Shown piece after piece: positions 37,437 through 49,545 of a stretch of 64,000 nt of DNA (position 1 is the first letter of the stretch; each line of letters opens with the position of its first letter). The translations under genes were made by a program, and so were the position numbers. Origin of the DNA: Sphaerodactylus townsendi. Lineage: Eukaryota. The notes under the pieces were generated by a model. That model was not told the DNA's origin. It was given only the letters and a program-made list of their open reading frames with translations, and did not search any database. The DNA is taken from the NCBI RefSeq assembly GCF_021028975.2, contig NC_059426.1, positions 120,094,001 through 120,158,000 of the forward strand, given 5' to 3'.

Positions 37437-39029
37437 GTGTGGCTCTTTTCCTGCAATCCCCCCCCTCCTTGAGTCCATCATTTGCTGCAGGAATCTATCA
37501 AAGGCTTCAGTACCAAAGGTGCAAACATGTCCTGTCCCCATGCCCCCCTTTTTTCTTAAAAATGGATACCCAACCCCTGCTTTATACTCTGTTAAGGCAG
37601 ACATGCATTTAAAAAACTAGGGCTGCCTCTGTCAGGTTAGTTTGGCCTTTAGTCTAATGATCAGTCCAGTTCTTTGGGTAATGTATCAATTCTGCCCTAT
37701 TTATCTGGTACATGTTTATCCTACCCTTTCTTCTAGGAGTTCAGGGCAGCCTACATATTTATCCTCTCTTTTATGCATAGTTCTATGAGGTGGTGAGGAT
37801 AAAAGAAAGAGTGGCTGGATCAGGGTCACTCAGCTTCCAGGACAGAGCGGGGATGCCCTTTAGATCGGTATATAAGTTATTCCAAAATTAGACCAGGATT
37901 TATCCAAGGCCATCACATTGTGTAGCAGATGAAACACAGAATCCATAGCTCCCAGGTCAGCACTTTTAATAGCCCACACCCCAGATCCCCCTGTGGTCAG
38001 CACACATATAGTGCTATCACAGCAAAAGGGAGATAACAGCTTGGCTCCTGCCAAGTTCTTCATGAAATGATGACTGAAGGTAAACAGTGATCTGAGAAGT
38101 GGCGAGCGGGAGAGGGATGATGCTGTCCCTAGTGGGTATGAATTAATGATTGGCTCCTTCCTGTGAGTTATTTCTCAGTTCTGATGTGGTCAAGAGAAGG
38201 ACGCTCCAGTGACTACGAATGATGATTTTAGATGTATTGTGTGCTTTTTTAAAAGCGTGTGGTGGTTTTCCTGGTGCTCTTTCTCTTTCAGAATACATTT
38301 ATTACACTTTTTCTGCAAGAGTTGCAATCCTGAGGGTCTTTCATGTGGCTGGTATTAGTGAGAGGTGGTGTCATGTAGGCAAATAGTTACCTAGAAAGTG
38401 GCTGACTTGGTGTTCTCTTCCTTTCTCCCTTTTCCTGATGGATTTGGCTGAGATTGAAGCAACTGTAAGAATGTGTTTTTTCCCCTATAAAATGCTGACT
38501 TATATCCATACTAGAACAAAAAGTTGTTAAAACAAACTCTTCCTGAATCATCTGTACCTAAAGCTGGGTTATGAAAATAAATTAAACATTAACTACACTT
38601 CCAATTAATGTCATGTTGTTTATTAGCATGAATTTTGTAATGTTTTACTTAGTAGAACTATGTTGTACAGTTATTATTATTATTTATTTGATTTTTACCC
38701 TTCCTTGTGTTTGGAGACACTGTGTGTTTTCTATCTGCTCTTTGGAACAATTGGTATTCCCAACCCTAAACAATTCAGAAGTATTTAGTTATTCAGAAAA
38801 TGTTATACACAGTTAAATTTCTAGTGAGACTTAATCTGTTTTCAGGTGTAAGTAACTCTTCTGGCATTCTTATCCCAGGGACCCAGGAGAGCACACTACA
38901 TACAATCATCTTGATACATACAATTACCATCTTGTCTGCAGCGACAACACACATTTTTGCATCTTCAGCATGGTGAATTCAGTTTCCAGATAGTACAAAC
39001 TGCATTTGTTCTAGGCACTCCAAAAAACA

Positions 39030-39378
39030 AATCAAAAACAATTTTTTGGTGAATAAACATAGTGTTTAATGCTGAAAACAGTAACAAACAATAACACTAG
39101 GATCAGCTTCAGAGCCAGTGGACCAATGTCGTACCAGAAAGCTGTCCAAAGAGTCTGTTTTCTGACACCTCTTTAAGATTTGTCTGAAATGGGGCAAGAC
39201 ATTGGCATTAAACAAGTTGCAGACATGGCCTGCAACAGCTTTGTCCGTGTGCTTTTTCTCCACAAACCCCTGCACCTTACTGCAAATCGATGAAAACCGA
39301 GACAAATTTTTCACTGAAAAAATTGATGAAAACCGAAACCGATGAAAACTGAAGACAATTAAAACCGAGGTTCCACTG
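39030..39378 (-). mobile_element. Tigger/pogo-like DNA transposon remnant
   Basis: Terminus TA|CAGTGGAACCTCGGTTTT (minus strand); peptide HFRQILKRCQKTDSLDSFL resembles a Tigger transposase C-terminus; other end not found. Confidence 0.65.
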
Positions 39379-39539
39379 TATCATTAACAGTATTGACAGA
39401 TCATTAACAGTGTCAGAATTGTTTGAAATAAAATAACATTCTTGGTAAAACATTCATTTTAATCACTCAAATTCTGCCCAAGAGTGATAACTGCAGTTTA
39501 TTCCACCTTGAAAGATCATTTTTTAATTTCATTCCATGT

Positions 39540-42500
39540 TTTGACATACTTATTTTGAAGTAACTTGGTATTCTTATCTGACAAGAGGGGTCCTAGGTAT
39601 TTCACCTTTCTTTTGATCTTGAATCCTGTTTTACTCATCCTGTTTGTTCATATTTTTAGTTAAGACCTTTGTTTTCTATTTATTAATTTAAAACCCTTCT
39701 AAAGCACCAAACTTTATCAGTTTAAACATTAAATGCTAGCTGCTCTTACAGGATTTTCCAACATCACTATCAGATAATCAGCAAATGCTGATTTTTTATT
39801 TTATTTTTAACCTCTTCAGTCCTTTCATCACATCTTATCTCTCTATGGCCCCTTCCGCACACGCAAAATAATGTGTTTTCAAACCACTTTCACAACTGCT
39901 TGCAAGTGGATTTTGCTATTCCGCACAGCTTCAAAGAGCATTGAAAGCAGTTTGAAAGTGCATTATTCTGCATGTGCGGAATGAGCCTATATTATACTTC
40001 CAAAAACAAATTTAACAAGAGAGCAGAGAGTGAAACTTGTTGTCTTGTTCCCTTTTGTATCTCACATGATTTGGTTAAGTCTCCATTAACAATTATTTGT
40101 GCAGTTTGCCATGTATATATTGATTTCACCAATTTTACAAAATTCTCACCCAAGTCCATATTTTCCAGTATAAGTTCAGTTTGTCAAATGCTTTCTCTCC
40201 ATCCAAAAAGATCAAACCAGCTTGTTTTTAATTTTGTTTTTCACAGTATTCCAATATGTCTAGTAGATTTCTAACATTGCCTCTCAATTGTCTTTTAGAC
40301 AGGAAACCCCATTGATCTTTGTGAATAATTTCCTGAAACACCATTTTAATTTACCTGATAAAATTGTTGTAAAAATCTTATAGTCGTTATTCAATAACAA
40401 TATTGGTCTGTAGTTCTTTGTCAAAGAAACATATTGATTTTCTTAAGGAATTAACGTTGTGTTGGTTTCTTTCCACATCTCAGGCATCCTGCGTCCCTGT
40501 AAAATAGAGTTCATGTCCTTTGCAAAGGATATAAAAACTTGTCTTCAAAACATTTGTAGTATAAATCTGAAAGTCTATCCTTTCCTGGTTTAATTTTATT
40601 ATAACCTCTACCAATTCTCTTATTGTTACCATACCATTCAGAATACATCTCTGCTAATATGTAATTTTAGGCAGATTATATTTTCTGAGATATTCTTATA
40701 TTTTTACTATTGAGATTCCTTGTTCTTTATATAGGTTTGCATAGATTTTTTTTTAAAAAAAATTGTATTGACATGTTGTCTGTTAAAGTACTCTCCCAAT
40801 TCTTGTAGTTTTAAAATCATTCTCTTTTTCTGTTCTTTTCTTAATCTATATGCCAACCGCTTTCCTGGCTGATTAGCAAATTTAAAATTCTTTTGCTTTT
40901 CATATTTCAAGTTTGTTTTTATCTCTATCCCTGTTAACATAGAAACTTGTAGCACTTTAGTCTGTTGTACAGTACTTTTATCTCTTGGTTTCCTTTTCAG
41001 TTCTGCTTTTCTTTTAATTTCTCTAACACTTTCTGCATTTTGTCTTGTCTTTCTGGGTTTTTTGTGGACAGTTATGTTGTATCAAATTTCCCCTCATAAA
41101 AGCTTTACTTGCATCCCACCCCACTCTTATATCACTACTCTTGTTCAAATGGAGTGCAAAAAATCTCTCAGTTTTCTTCTTACAATCTTGAATTACCACA
41201 TCTTTTTGTAACACAGTTTCATTCAGTTTCCATCTAAACAAATTTGGTTTCTTTTTTGCATTCTAAGCTCACTGGGTTGTGATCTGAAAAAGTATTTAGT
41301 AAGACCTTTGTCTTACTGACCTTAGAGGCCAAGTCTTTTGAAACCCAAATTATATTAGTTCTTGAAAAGGAATTACATCTTTCCAAATAACAAGTATATT
41401 CTCTTGCATTCTCGTTCTTGTGTCTCCATACATCCACCCAACCCAAATTCTCCACCATATTTTTGGTAGTTTGCCGTGTGTATTTTTAATATTTTCTTCC
41501 AGAAGTTCTATTCATTTGTGGTAATATCACACCATTCACGTCCCTCATCACACACCAACTTTCATATGCATATTTTGTTAATTTCTCTGAAAGGTATTTA
41601 AAAAATATGTTTTATCTTCATTTGGTACATAAACTGCCAACATCATAGTTTTGACTCCCATCAAAGTAATTTCCACCCCCACAAATCTACTTTGTTCATC
41701 ATTTAATATCAATTTAGGTACAAATTCAGGGTTAACATATAACACCCCTTTTTTCTTAATAGGACTTTCTGAAATGAACTCTTTACCCAAAGATTTTTGA
41801 ATCAAATATTTTACATTCTTTCTCCTGATATGTGTTTCTTGTAGACAAATTACATCCCGTTTTAATTTCCTTAAATAATGCAAAAAAATATTCTCTTACA
41901 TGGAGCATTAGTTCCATTTATATTCCATGTCAAACATTTAAAACGTATTTTGTAATCCAAATGTTAGTCTTCTTTTAAGGCTAGTCCCACAGAGTCCATT
42001 TCCCCCCTCGCTGTTGTCTTCCGGGTCTTCCTTGATCTGCACCCTCTGGAGCATCTGGAACCTCTGAATCCAAGTCTTCCCCACATCTTTCATCTTTGGA
42101 ACTGTATTGAATCTAAATTTACCTTGTTCAAAATTAAATTATACACCTTCCAGCTTTTCCCAACAAAATCTAATCTTCTTTTTTAATTTCTTTGTTAGAA
42201 AGAGGCAATCCTTTCTCTTACTCAATATTCTGATTGGTATTTCTTTCAAAACTATTATGTGCACTTCATCAATTTTCAGCTTTGTATCAAAATGTTGTTG
42301 CAAAATTGTCTAAATTAAAGAAGCATGGGAAAACAAATTCCACTCCATAGTTCATTTTAAAAAGCCATTAAGAAGAACAGGAAAAAAGATTAATATGAAA
42401 ACTCTTAAGTAAAAAGAAAATCTACATCCATCAGTCCGAATAGTTTATGATCTTGTCTTGAGTTTTATATCTCATTAAATTCCAAATGTAGCTCTTAGAG

Positions 42501-42670
42501 AAAAGCCATAAACTCACCAGCAAGGTTTCTCTCCTCAGATGTAGATGAAATTCTTCTTAGTCATTTTGATTGATGATCTAGTCTTAGTTGAGGAATGGGG
42601 GAGTGAATTATATCCCATGCAACAGTGAGCAAAGATGTCCGTCCTGCCACCAGTCCTGACTTCTAAGCGA
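39540..42670 (-). mobile_element. L1-clade LINE remnant (ORF1 end, endonuclease, partial RT)
   Basis: DVICLQETH, AVYVPN, DVWR, FSDHNPV, WKLN, WDASKAFMRG and NYRPI.L.N.DYKIF motifs in broken ORFs. Confidence 0.85.
39847..39987. mobile_element. Harbinger-like MITE inserted in the L1
   Basis: TAT|GGCCCCTTCCGCAC...GTGCGGAATGAGCC|TAT with 3-bp TSD; same family as 18058-18170. Confidence 0.85.
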
Positions 42671-43405
42671 GAGACAGAAATTTCTGTTTCTATCTCACTT
42701 TCAACTTCTCAGCAGTTCTGGTTGACCCATGATTCATGCTTGTGTGGGCATGAGTTTATCTAGACCATGGGGTATTTGTAGGGGTATTGCACTAGCAAAT
42801 ATGCACAGGGTTTGGTTTAGTCCATACAAAACCTGAGGTCCTATCTCAGTGAGTCAACCCTTCTAGGTTTTCAAATGTGCAAGTAGTATCCCATGAGTAT
42901 CTGGTTGATGGAGTGTAAAGCCATTTATTTGGACATTGTTCTACTCCCGTTGCACTTTGCTTGGAAACTTTTAAAAATAAAATATTATACCATGGTGCAC
43001 ATTTCCACCTATTTAGCAGTATTCTCTCAAGGCATCTTTTCTCCCACCTTTCTCTGCACTTTGCAGTTCTGCAGGACTCAAGATCTCCTCCTCACCTTAT
43101 AACAAACCTTTCAACCACCCCATCATGTTTACTGGTGTCACCTAATGTAGGCTCACCCATCTGCTTAGGTTGAATCTGCTTGGGTGTGCATATGGTGGTC
43201 TTTAAGAGCAGACATTATAAGTGCTTCCAGCTAACTGTGGAAGAAACTGCCTGAAGCTGTTCAAAGTGATTCCAAAAGAATATTTCCGCCCCTGAGCAGG
43301 CACCTGGTGTTGCTGGCCTTAAAGAAGCCTTCAAACATGTGTCAAGTGTGTATCATTGCTCAGCAATGTTCTGCAGTCCCATGAGGGTCTTTGTTGTGTT
43401 TCAAG

Positions 43406-43653
43406 GTTTTCAGAGCCTGATCCTAGCCACACATTGGAGGAGCGGGTGGTGCATTGGTACTTCAGTCAGCTGGATAACAATAGCAGCACTGACATCAGCA
43501 AAAGGGAGATGAAGCCATTCAAGCGCTATGTAAAGAAGAAAGCTAGCCCTAAGAAATGCGCACGACGCTTCACAGACTATTGTGACCTCAACAAGGACAA
43601 GTCTATTTCACTACAGGAACTGAAGGGTTGCTTGGGTGTTGGCAAAGAAGGAG
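43406..43653 (+). CDS. SMOC1: SMOC1 coding exon, EF-hand calcium-binding (EC) domain (approx. exon 11)
   Basis: Acceptor tgtgtttcaag| (AAG), donor |gtaggt. Translates (R)FSEPDPSHTLEERVVHWYFSQLDNNSSTDISKREMKPFKRYVKKKASPKKCARRFTDYCDLNKDKSISLQELKGCLGVGKEG, with two EF-hand loops. Confidence 0.96.
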
Positions 43654-44407
43654 GTAGGTACTGAATCTCACTCTTTCAATGGTATGGAAAACTCTTCATA
43701 TGTAAATATATACATGAACATATGAAGTTGAAGTTGGCTTATTCTGAGTTAGACCATTGACCCATCTGGCTCAGTGCTTGCTCTCACACTGTAAGGTTTC
43801 AGCCAAAAAGTGTCTATCCTGTCAGCTCTTACCTGAGGCTGAATTTGGCAGTGAATAGAACTTGGTGCCTTCTGCATGTAAGACAGGTACTCTGCTACTG
43901 AGCCATGGCTCTGCCAACCCTTCTAGTTTAAGCTACAGCTTTAATGACCCTCTTGGAAAGTTATTTGTTCTGCTTTTTTTGGTGAGTCTTCTGTTTGCTG
44001 GCTGTGGGTCTAGATGGCCTTTTTGATATCTTCTGACTGTATGACACTTTCCCAAGTGACCTTTAAGTCAAGTCTTGCACTTACTGTTTCTGCATGAATA
44101 TATATATATATGTTAGACTAGAGACAGAAAACACTATTTTAAGTGACCTTAACATGGCTTATGGAAAGCATTGCTGCACATTATATACTTACACACTGTT
44201 TTTGTCCCATAGTTGCTTCAGATGGAAAAAATCCAAAACCCTTTCAAATCTTTTTACTGAAAGCAAGAGCAGAATGAGTATCCACACCATGGGAAGTGAA
44301 ACTATTCATAGTGCCTTCAAAAGATGTTGTCTGCCTCCAACATTAATACAAATACCTGTTCAGTGAAAAAATGGATGTTCCACTTCCAGTCCTGAATTAA
44401 GAACATT

Positions 44408-44490
44408 CATGGAATCATAGAGTTGAAAGGGGCTATACAGGCCATTTAGCCAACCCTTCTCAATTCATGATCGGCCTAGAGCATCCCTGC
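44408..44490 (-). mobile_element. CR1 3' terminal fragment
   Basis: catggaatcatagagttgaaaggggc..caggccat.tag.ccaaccc; reverse complement of the type of end seen at 54085-54145. Confidence 0.55.
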
Positions 44491-45971
44491 CATTTGCCCC
44501 AGGCATCATTCCACCCCTCCCCCCACGCCACTGTTGTGAGTCCTATCTTCTGCTACCAATTGGGGATGGGACCTGGGAATGGCAGGGATTGGGGAGGAGA
44601 TGGGAAGTAAGGAATATTCAAGAAGGTAAGGAAGACAGCAAACTCAGGATAATTATTAAGCATTGGGGGCTATGCAGACTATGTTGCAATTAGTAACACA
44701 CCCTGATTCAAACACTGACCTCTAATCTTGGAACAGCCATCATACTGGAGAAGGAAGAAGGAGATCTTTCTCCAGCTGTGGAATTCTCTGGGTTGTTTCA
44801 GCTAGAGCAGATTTAGTGTTTGGTAAAGAGATGTAAGAGGTGGGCTTATATTTGATCCATAGTACATGACCTGTTTCAAAAAATTCAGATCCTAATCCTA
44901 TACAGTTAGGCACACCTAAGGTTTTTGATTTCAGTGGGCTTAAGTGTGCCTTGCTGTGCATATTATTGGGCTATTAAAATGTTAGCCAAGTTACTTCAAG
45001 CCAATCAGGAGCACTGATAGTTAGCAACCAGTTTTCACTGTTTAGCTAAGTTTCTTGTTTGCCAACATCATGCCCAGAATTATATACACCCAGAAGCAGT
45101 CTCCCTTTTTCCTTCCTGCTGAGATAAATGTAGAAAATGGGTTTTAACAATCCAGTCAGTTGGCCCCTCAAGAAGTCCTAATTTATGAAGGAGAAAAATT
45201 GGAAAACTCCTTTAAGACAAATACAAGCAGACATTCCTAGTGTCCTTTGCTGTAAATACAGAATCGCCAACTTTCTTATAAGGGAAATTCAGTGATGCTA
45301 CATAGCAAAATACAGCATTTACTAAACAGTGGCTAGTCTGACCCTCAGAGCTCACAGAGAAGGCCAAAAGTGAGAATTTTCTTTTCGAGATTCCTAATCC
45401 ATTAATAGGTTTTGGGACAGCGAGGAAGTTTAGATATGCCATTTAGGCTATTTTGTGAACAGGTGTGATTTAATGGATTCATTGTATTCAGGATTCCTAA
45501 GGAAACACAGGCTTCAATCTTATGCAGACTTCCTCAGGAATGTGAACTTGGTGCGGGTTATTTCTGGGTAAATATGCATAGGATTAGGGTATAGTTGGTG
45601 TTGTATTATATGGAAGTTCTAAGTACAGACCCACCAATTCTAGGCAAACAGCTCTCTTACAAGTTGACACTGCATTCTGCACATTTTCGGAAAGATGGAT
45701 TATTTGAGAGCCCAGGAGACCACAGGGATATATTTGGAAGGTTTAGCTCCATCTGGTGGGCACTTTGAGATGTCAGACTGCAAAATATGACCAACCAAAG
45801 CCCTTTTCAGAGTTCAAGGGAATATAAACTCAGAGCTCCTACAAAGAAGTAATCAGGAGTAACTAATTCTGTTGTCATAACTGTCAGACCAATCTCACTG
45901 CTTTCTTAAATCTGCAGCTTTCATCATATTTGGAATTAAGTGAATGTAAGAGTACTCCTTGTTTTTTACAG

Positions 45972-46022
45972 GCAGCATTGGAACTTTTCCCCATGGAAAA
46001 AGACCAGGTGTTAATCCTTTCA
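45972..46022 (+). CDS. SMOC1: SMOC1 51-nt frame-preserving (probably alternative) penultimate exon
   Basis: Acceptor ccttgttttttacag|, donor |gtaagt; phase 1/1. Translates (G)SIGTFPHGKRPGVNPF(I), resembling the recalled long mouse SMOC1 C-terminus GSLGSFPQGKRAGTNPFIGRLV. Confidence 0.88.
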
Positions 46023-46404
46023 GTAAGTAGTTTCTGGAACCCATCTCTCCCCCCATTTTTCTCGACAGTTATATCATGAGGCAAGTACACTTCACAGCTC
46101 TCCAAGTAGCTACCCTAACATCACAGCTAATGAGATTGGCTATCCTGGAGTTCATTTAATAAAAAAGAGATACACATTGTGCTGTCTTGCGGAGCCTCAT
46201 CCGTTGACCATAACTGCAGAGGAGGTCCACATTGCAAGAAGCAGTCCTCAAGAAAGTGGAGGGCTTTATTGCTGGGAAAGGCTTCATTGAGGTCAACTCA
46301 AGTGATGTGGAACATTGTGCAAGCTTGTGAGTTCTATAGAACTCTTCATGAGGCAGATGTTGCACAAATTTAAAACATGAAGGAGGAAAAAAACAAAATT
46401 TCTG

Positions 46405-46590
46405 GCAGTGGTGGGAGATGGCCCTGCCCTTTTGGAGGTTCATAAAATTGAACCCTCAGAAGCAAAGGTCACTAAACCTGGGTGGTGTCATCAAGAGAGT
46501 CTCCTGAAAGTTTGGTGCCTCTTCCTTGAAAAATGTGCACCCTGCTTGCATACCCAGAAATTCCCCATTGGCTGCAATGGAGCCAGGACA
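46405..46590. repeat. Isolated copy of the DNA-transposon internal module also found at 10960-11300 and 13900-14020
   Basis: cataaaattgaaccctcagaagcaaa..aaacctgggtggtgtcatcaagagagtctcctgaaagtttggtgcc..ccccattggctgcaatgg. Confidence 0.55.
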
Positions 46591-47375
46591 GTTCAGAGCA
46601 GAGACTTAACAGCAATAAACTATTATGTCTCTGATGTAATTAATAATTAAAGTAAATCATTTTTTTAAAAAAATAAGTGTTTTCCTCAAGGGTACCCTGA
46701 GATATGAAGAGCAAGGTCAAGGGTTGGGAAACACTGTGTTAGATTATGGCACTTGCATTCTGGGAAAAAGAAGCAAATAATGGAGGGTCACTTCATTTGG
46801 AAAAAAAGTGTCTAGCAAAGTCCAAATGTGACCCCAAAGCCATGAGACAGAATCAGTTCCTTTTGCTAGCTAAGAGCAATTAGAATCACTTGATATTCTT
46901 TGTTTTAACAAGGGCTGAGCTAAATTTATGATAGTTCACAAAATATATCAAATGGAAGTTAAATTCAATCATTTGTATAAGCACTCTTTCTCTAAGTCAT
47001 TCCCATCCTGATGACAATCTCTCTGTTTTGATCAGCTGTACTGGGACATTCGAAATCCAGAAAAAGAGACAAAAGCATGTTATTGAGGCCAACTCATACT
47101 TCAGGGTACATATTTGCATCCAATAATTCATAATTAAGTTTAGCTCAGTCGTTCATAAACAAGATTAGTTCCTAATCAAGATTAGTTCAGTGGCTGTAGT
47201 TTTTGTGAGGCTAACCTTATGGGAATATTAGGACCAGGAATAACTAATTGTTTGAATTAGGGAGCTCACTTGTACTCATTTAAACCAAATATGATTTTCA
47301 TTAAAGTTTCCACCTCTTCTTTCTCCCCTCCTTGAAACTGTTGATGGTGTTCTTCCTACCTTTCCACAATTGTAG

Positions 47376-47392
47376 TAGGACGTCTTGTCTAA
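47376..47392 (+). CDS. SMOC1: SMOC1 terminal coding exon segment, stop TAA 47390-47392
   Basis: Pyrimidine-rich tract, then tgtag|TAG|GA CGT CTT GTC TAA, giving the SMOC1 C-terminus (I/V)GRLV*; tandem TAGTAG acceptor. Confidence 0.93.
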
Positions 47393-47850
47393 GAGATGAT
47401 GGGAAACCATGACACAAACAAATGGATGCGCCAGCGCAAGGACAGGACACGCTGCCACCGGAAAAGACTTGTGTGGGACTGGCAACATCCAATGTAGCAA
47501 GAGTGGCCTCAACAATATTTGCACTTTTTTTTCATAATAATTGAAGCGGGGTGGAGGTTGGTTTCTTTTAATGCCATAATTTACTACCTTGGAGAAGAAA
47601 TTTTTTAAAAGGCCAACGTTACATCTTGGGAAGTAAACTGAACAGCTACTGATCATTAAAATGTTTGGGATTGCTCGGACTCAACGAAAGAGATGTTTAA
47701 TATACTGTATATAAATTTATGTAAATTGTACAGTGGTCTTGTGCTGACCTGTGTGTGACTGCTTTGTCTCTTATGTGGTGCAAAGGATGCTATTATTCAG
47801 AAACGCGTTGATTTCTCAATCAACTTTTCTTTCACAGCCAGCATCTTTAT
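47393..47850 (+). other. SMOC1: SMOC1 proximal 3' UTR (true 3' end not determined)
   Basis: Directly follows the stop codon; no recognisable TE; U-rich, with miRNA-seed and Pumilio-type motifs. End coordinate is arbitrary. Confidence 0.7.
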
Positions 47851-48720
47851 AAGTTCAGAAGCTGTGGTGGTTCACAAGCATTCCTGCTCCCACTACAAAT
47901 GAAGACATTTTGCCTGCTTTACTGAACATCTGATAACATGGTTTGATTACTGTAATGCACACCAGATTGGCCTGCCCTTGAATACAATTCATAAATAGCA
48001 GCAGGCTGATTATTGTCAGGGTTAGCCAATGGGAGCTTAATTTGGCCATCTTAAAAAAAATTACATTGACTGCCATTTTGTTTCCTAATCCAATTCAATG
48101 TCCTTTAAAGCCCTTCACAGCTGGAACCCACATGTCTCAAGGACCATCTCCTCGCGTATGTTCCCCTACACCAACTACAGTCTTCAGACTGCCACTTGCT
48201 GGCTGTTCCTCCACTTCAGGTAGCTTGTCTGTCATCAGCCAGAACCATTCCTCATTGCAGCTGCCATTCTGTGGAATGGATTTCCAGACAAGACTAGGAA
48301 AGGGCTGTCATTAGAAATCAAGAGGCTCAGCAAGACCATTTTATTTACCAGGGATTTGAGTAAGTTATAAACTGCAGACATCTTTTTTTTTTGGGGGGGG
48401 GGGGGATTGGAAACTTTATTATATTGATTTTCAGTTGTAACATTTTAACAATCTTTTGTAAGCCACCTTGAGCCACAAGAAAAGGCAGGATATAAATATT
48501 TTAATCAATAAAGCATACAGAATTTAGCCTCCTGCTGGCACCACTGCAATCAGCCATGAATCCTTCTTACTGCATTGCAAATTGTTAAAAGGTAAGAGAG
48601 CAAATTTAGATGTGAGGTGACTGTACCATAAAGATAGGTTTCTGACCATGCTGTAGGTATATATAACAAATGCAGTCTCTGGCCTGTGTGGTACAATGGC
48701 TAGAGAGAGCAAGTGTATAT

Positions 48721-49015
48721 AGAAGGAGAATAAGAGTTTGGATTTAAACCCTCCTTTCTCTCCTGTAAGGAGACTCAAAGAGCTTGCAAACTCCTTTCCC
48801 TTTCTCTCCCCACAATAGACACCTTGTGAGGTAGGTGGCGCTGAGAGAGTTCTCAGAGAACTGTGACTGGCCCACAGTCAACCTGCAGGCTTCGTATGTT
48901 GGAGCGGGAAAACAAATCTGCTTAACCAGATAAGATTCCACCACTCATAGTGGAGGAGTGGGGGATCAAACCCGGTTCTCCAGATTAGAGTCCACCTGCT
49001 CTTAACCACTACACC
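48721..49015 (-). mobile_element. tRNA-derived SINE (Squam3-like), near full length
   Basis: Minus-strand head GGTGTAGTGGTTAAGAGCAGG (A box) and GGTTTGATCCC (B box); 3' body shared with 1832-2089. Confidence 0.85.
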
Positions 49016-49289
49016 TGAGCATTAAATTTAGGCTGAGGACAGATCTCTCCCTGGGCAGTCCTGGGCAGTCTTTCAGCCTAACCTGTCTCACAGGATTATT
49101 GCAAAGATGAATGGGATAACACCATTTGCATCACCATCAGCTTGAAGAGCAGCATGCAAGTGTTATTAATAAGTAATGGAATGAATACTATATAGCCCTC
49201 ATCTGCTAGCAGTAGGCATGTTTTAGTGGAGTCTATAACCTGTCATCAAAATACACTATGTCATAGTTACTTTATGGTTTTAATTTACT

Positions 49290-49545
49290 CCTTCACCTGA
49301 GTGGCAGAGGCTTATCTGGTGAACCAGATGTGTTCCCACACTCCTACATTCCTGCTGGGTGACTTTGGGCTAGTCACAGTTCTTTGGAACTTTCTCAGCC
49401 CCACCTACAAGGTGTCTGTTGTGGGGAGAGTAAGGAAAAGGAGCTTGTAAGTCACTTTGAGTCTCTTTACAGGAGAGAAAGATGGGGTATAAATCCAAAC
49501 TACTACTCCTCTTCTTCTTCTCCTCCTCTTCCTCCTCCTCCTTTT
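49290..49545 (+). mobile_element. SINE, same family, 5'-truncated, with (TCC/TTC)n tail
   Basis: ctcagccccacctac..ttgagtctctttacaggagagaaag..ataaatccaaac followed by a pyrimidine microsatellite. Confidence 0.8.

Noticed and set aside
48960-49015. tRNA-like A/B boxes (also at 60900-60960)
   Set aside because: SINE heads continuous with SINE bodies; no full cloverleaf, so not tRNA genes.
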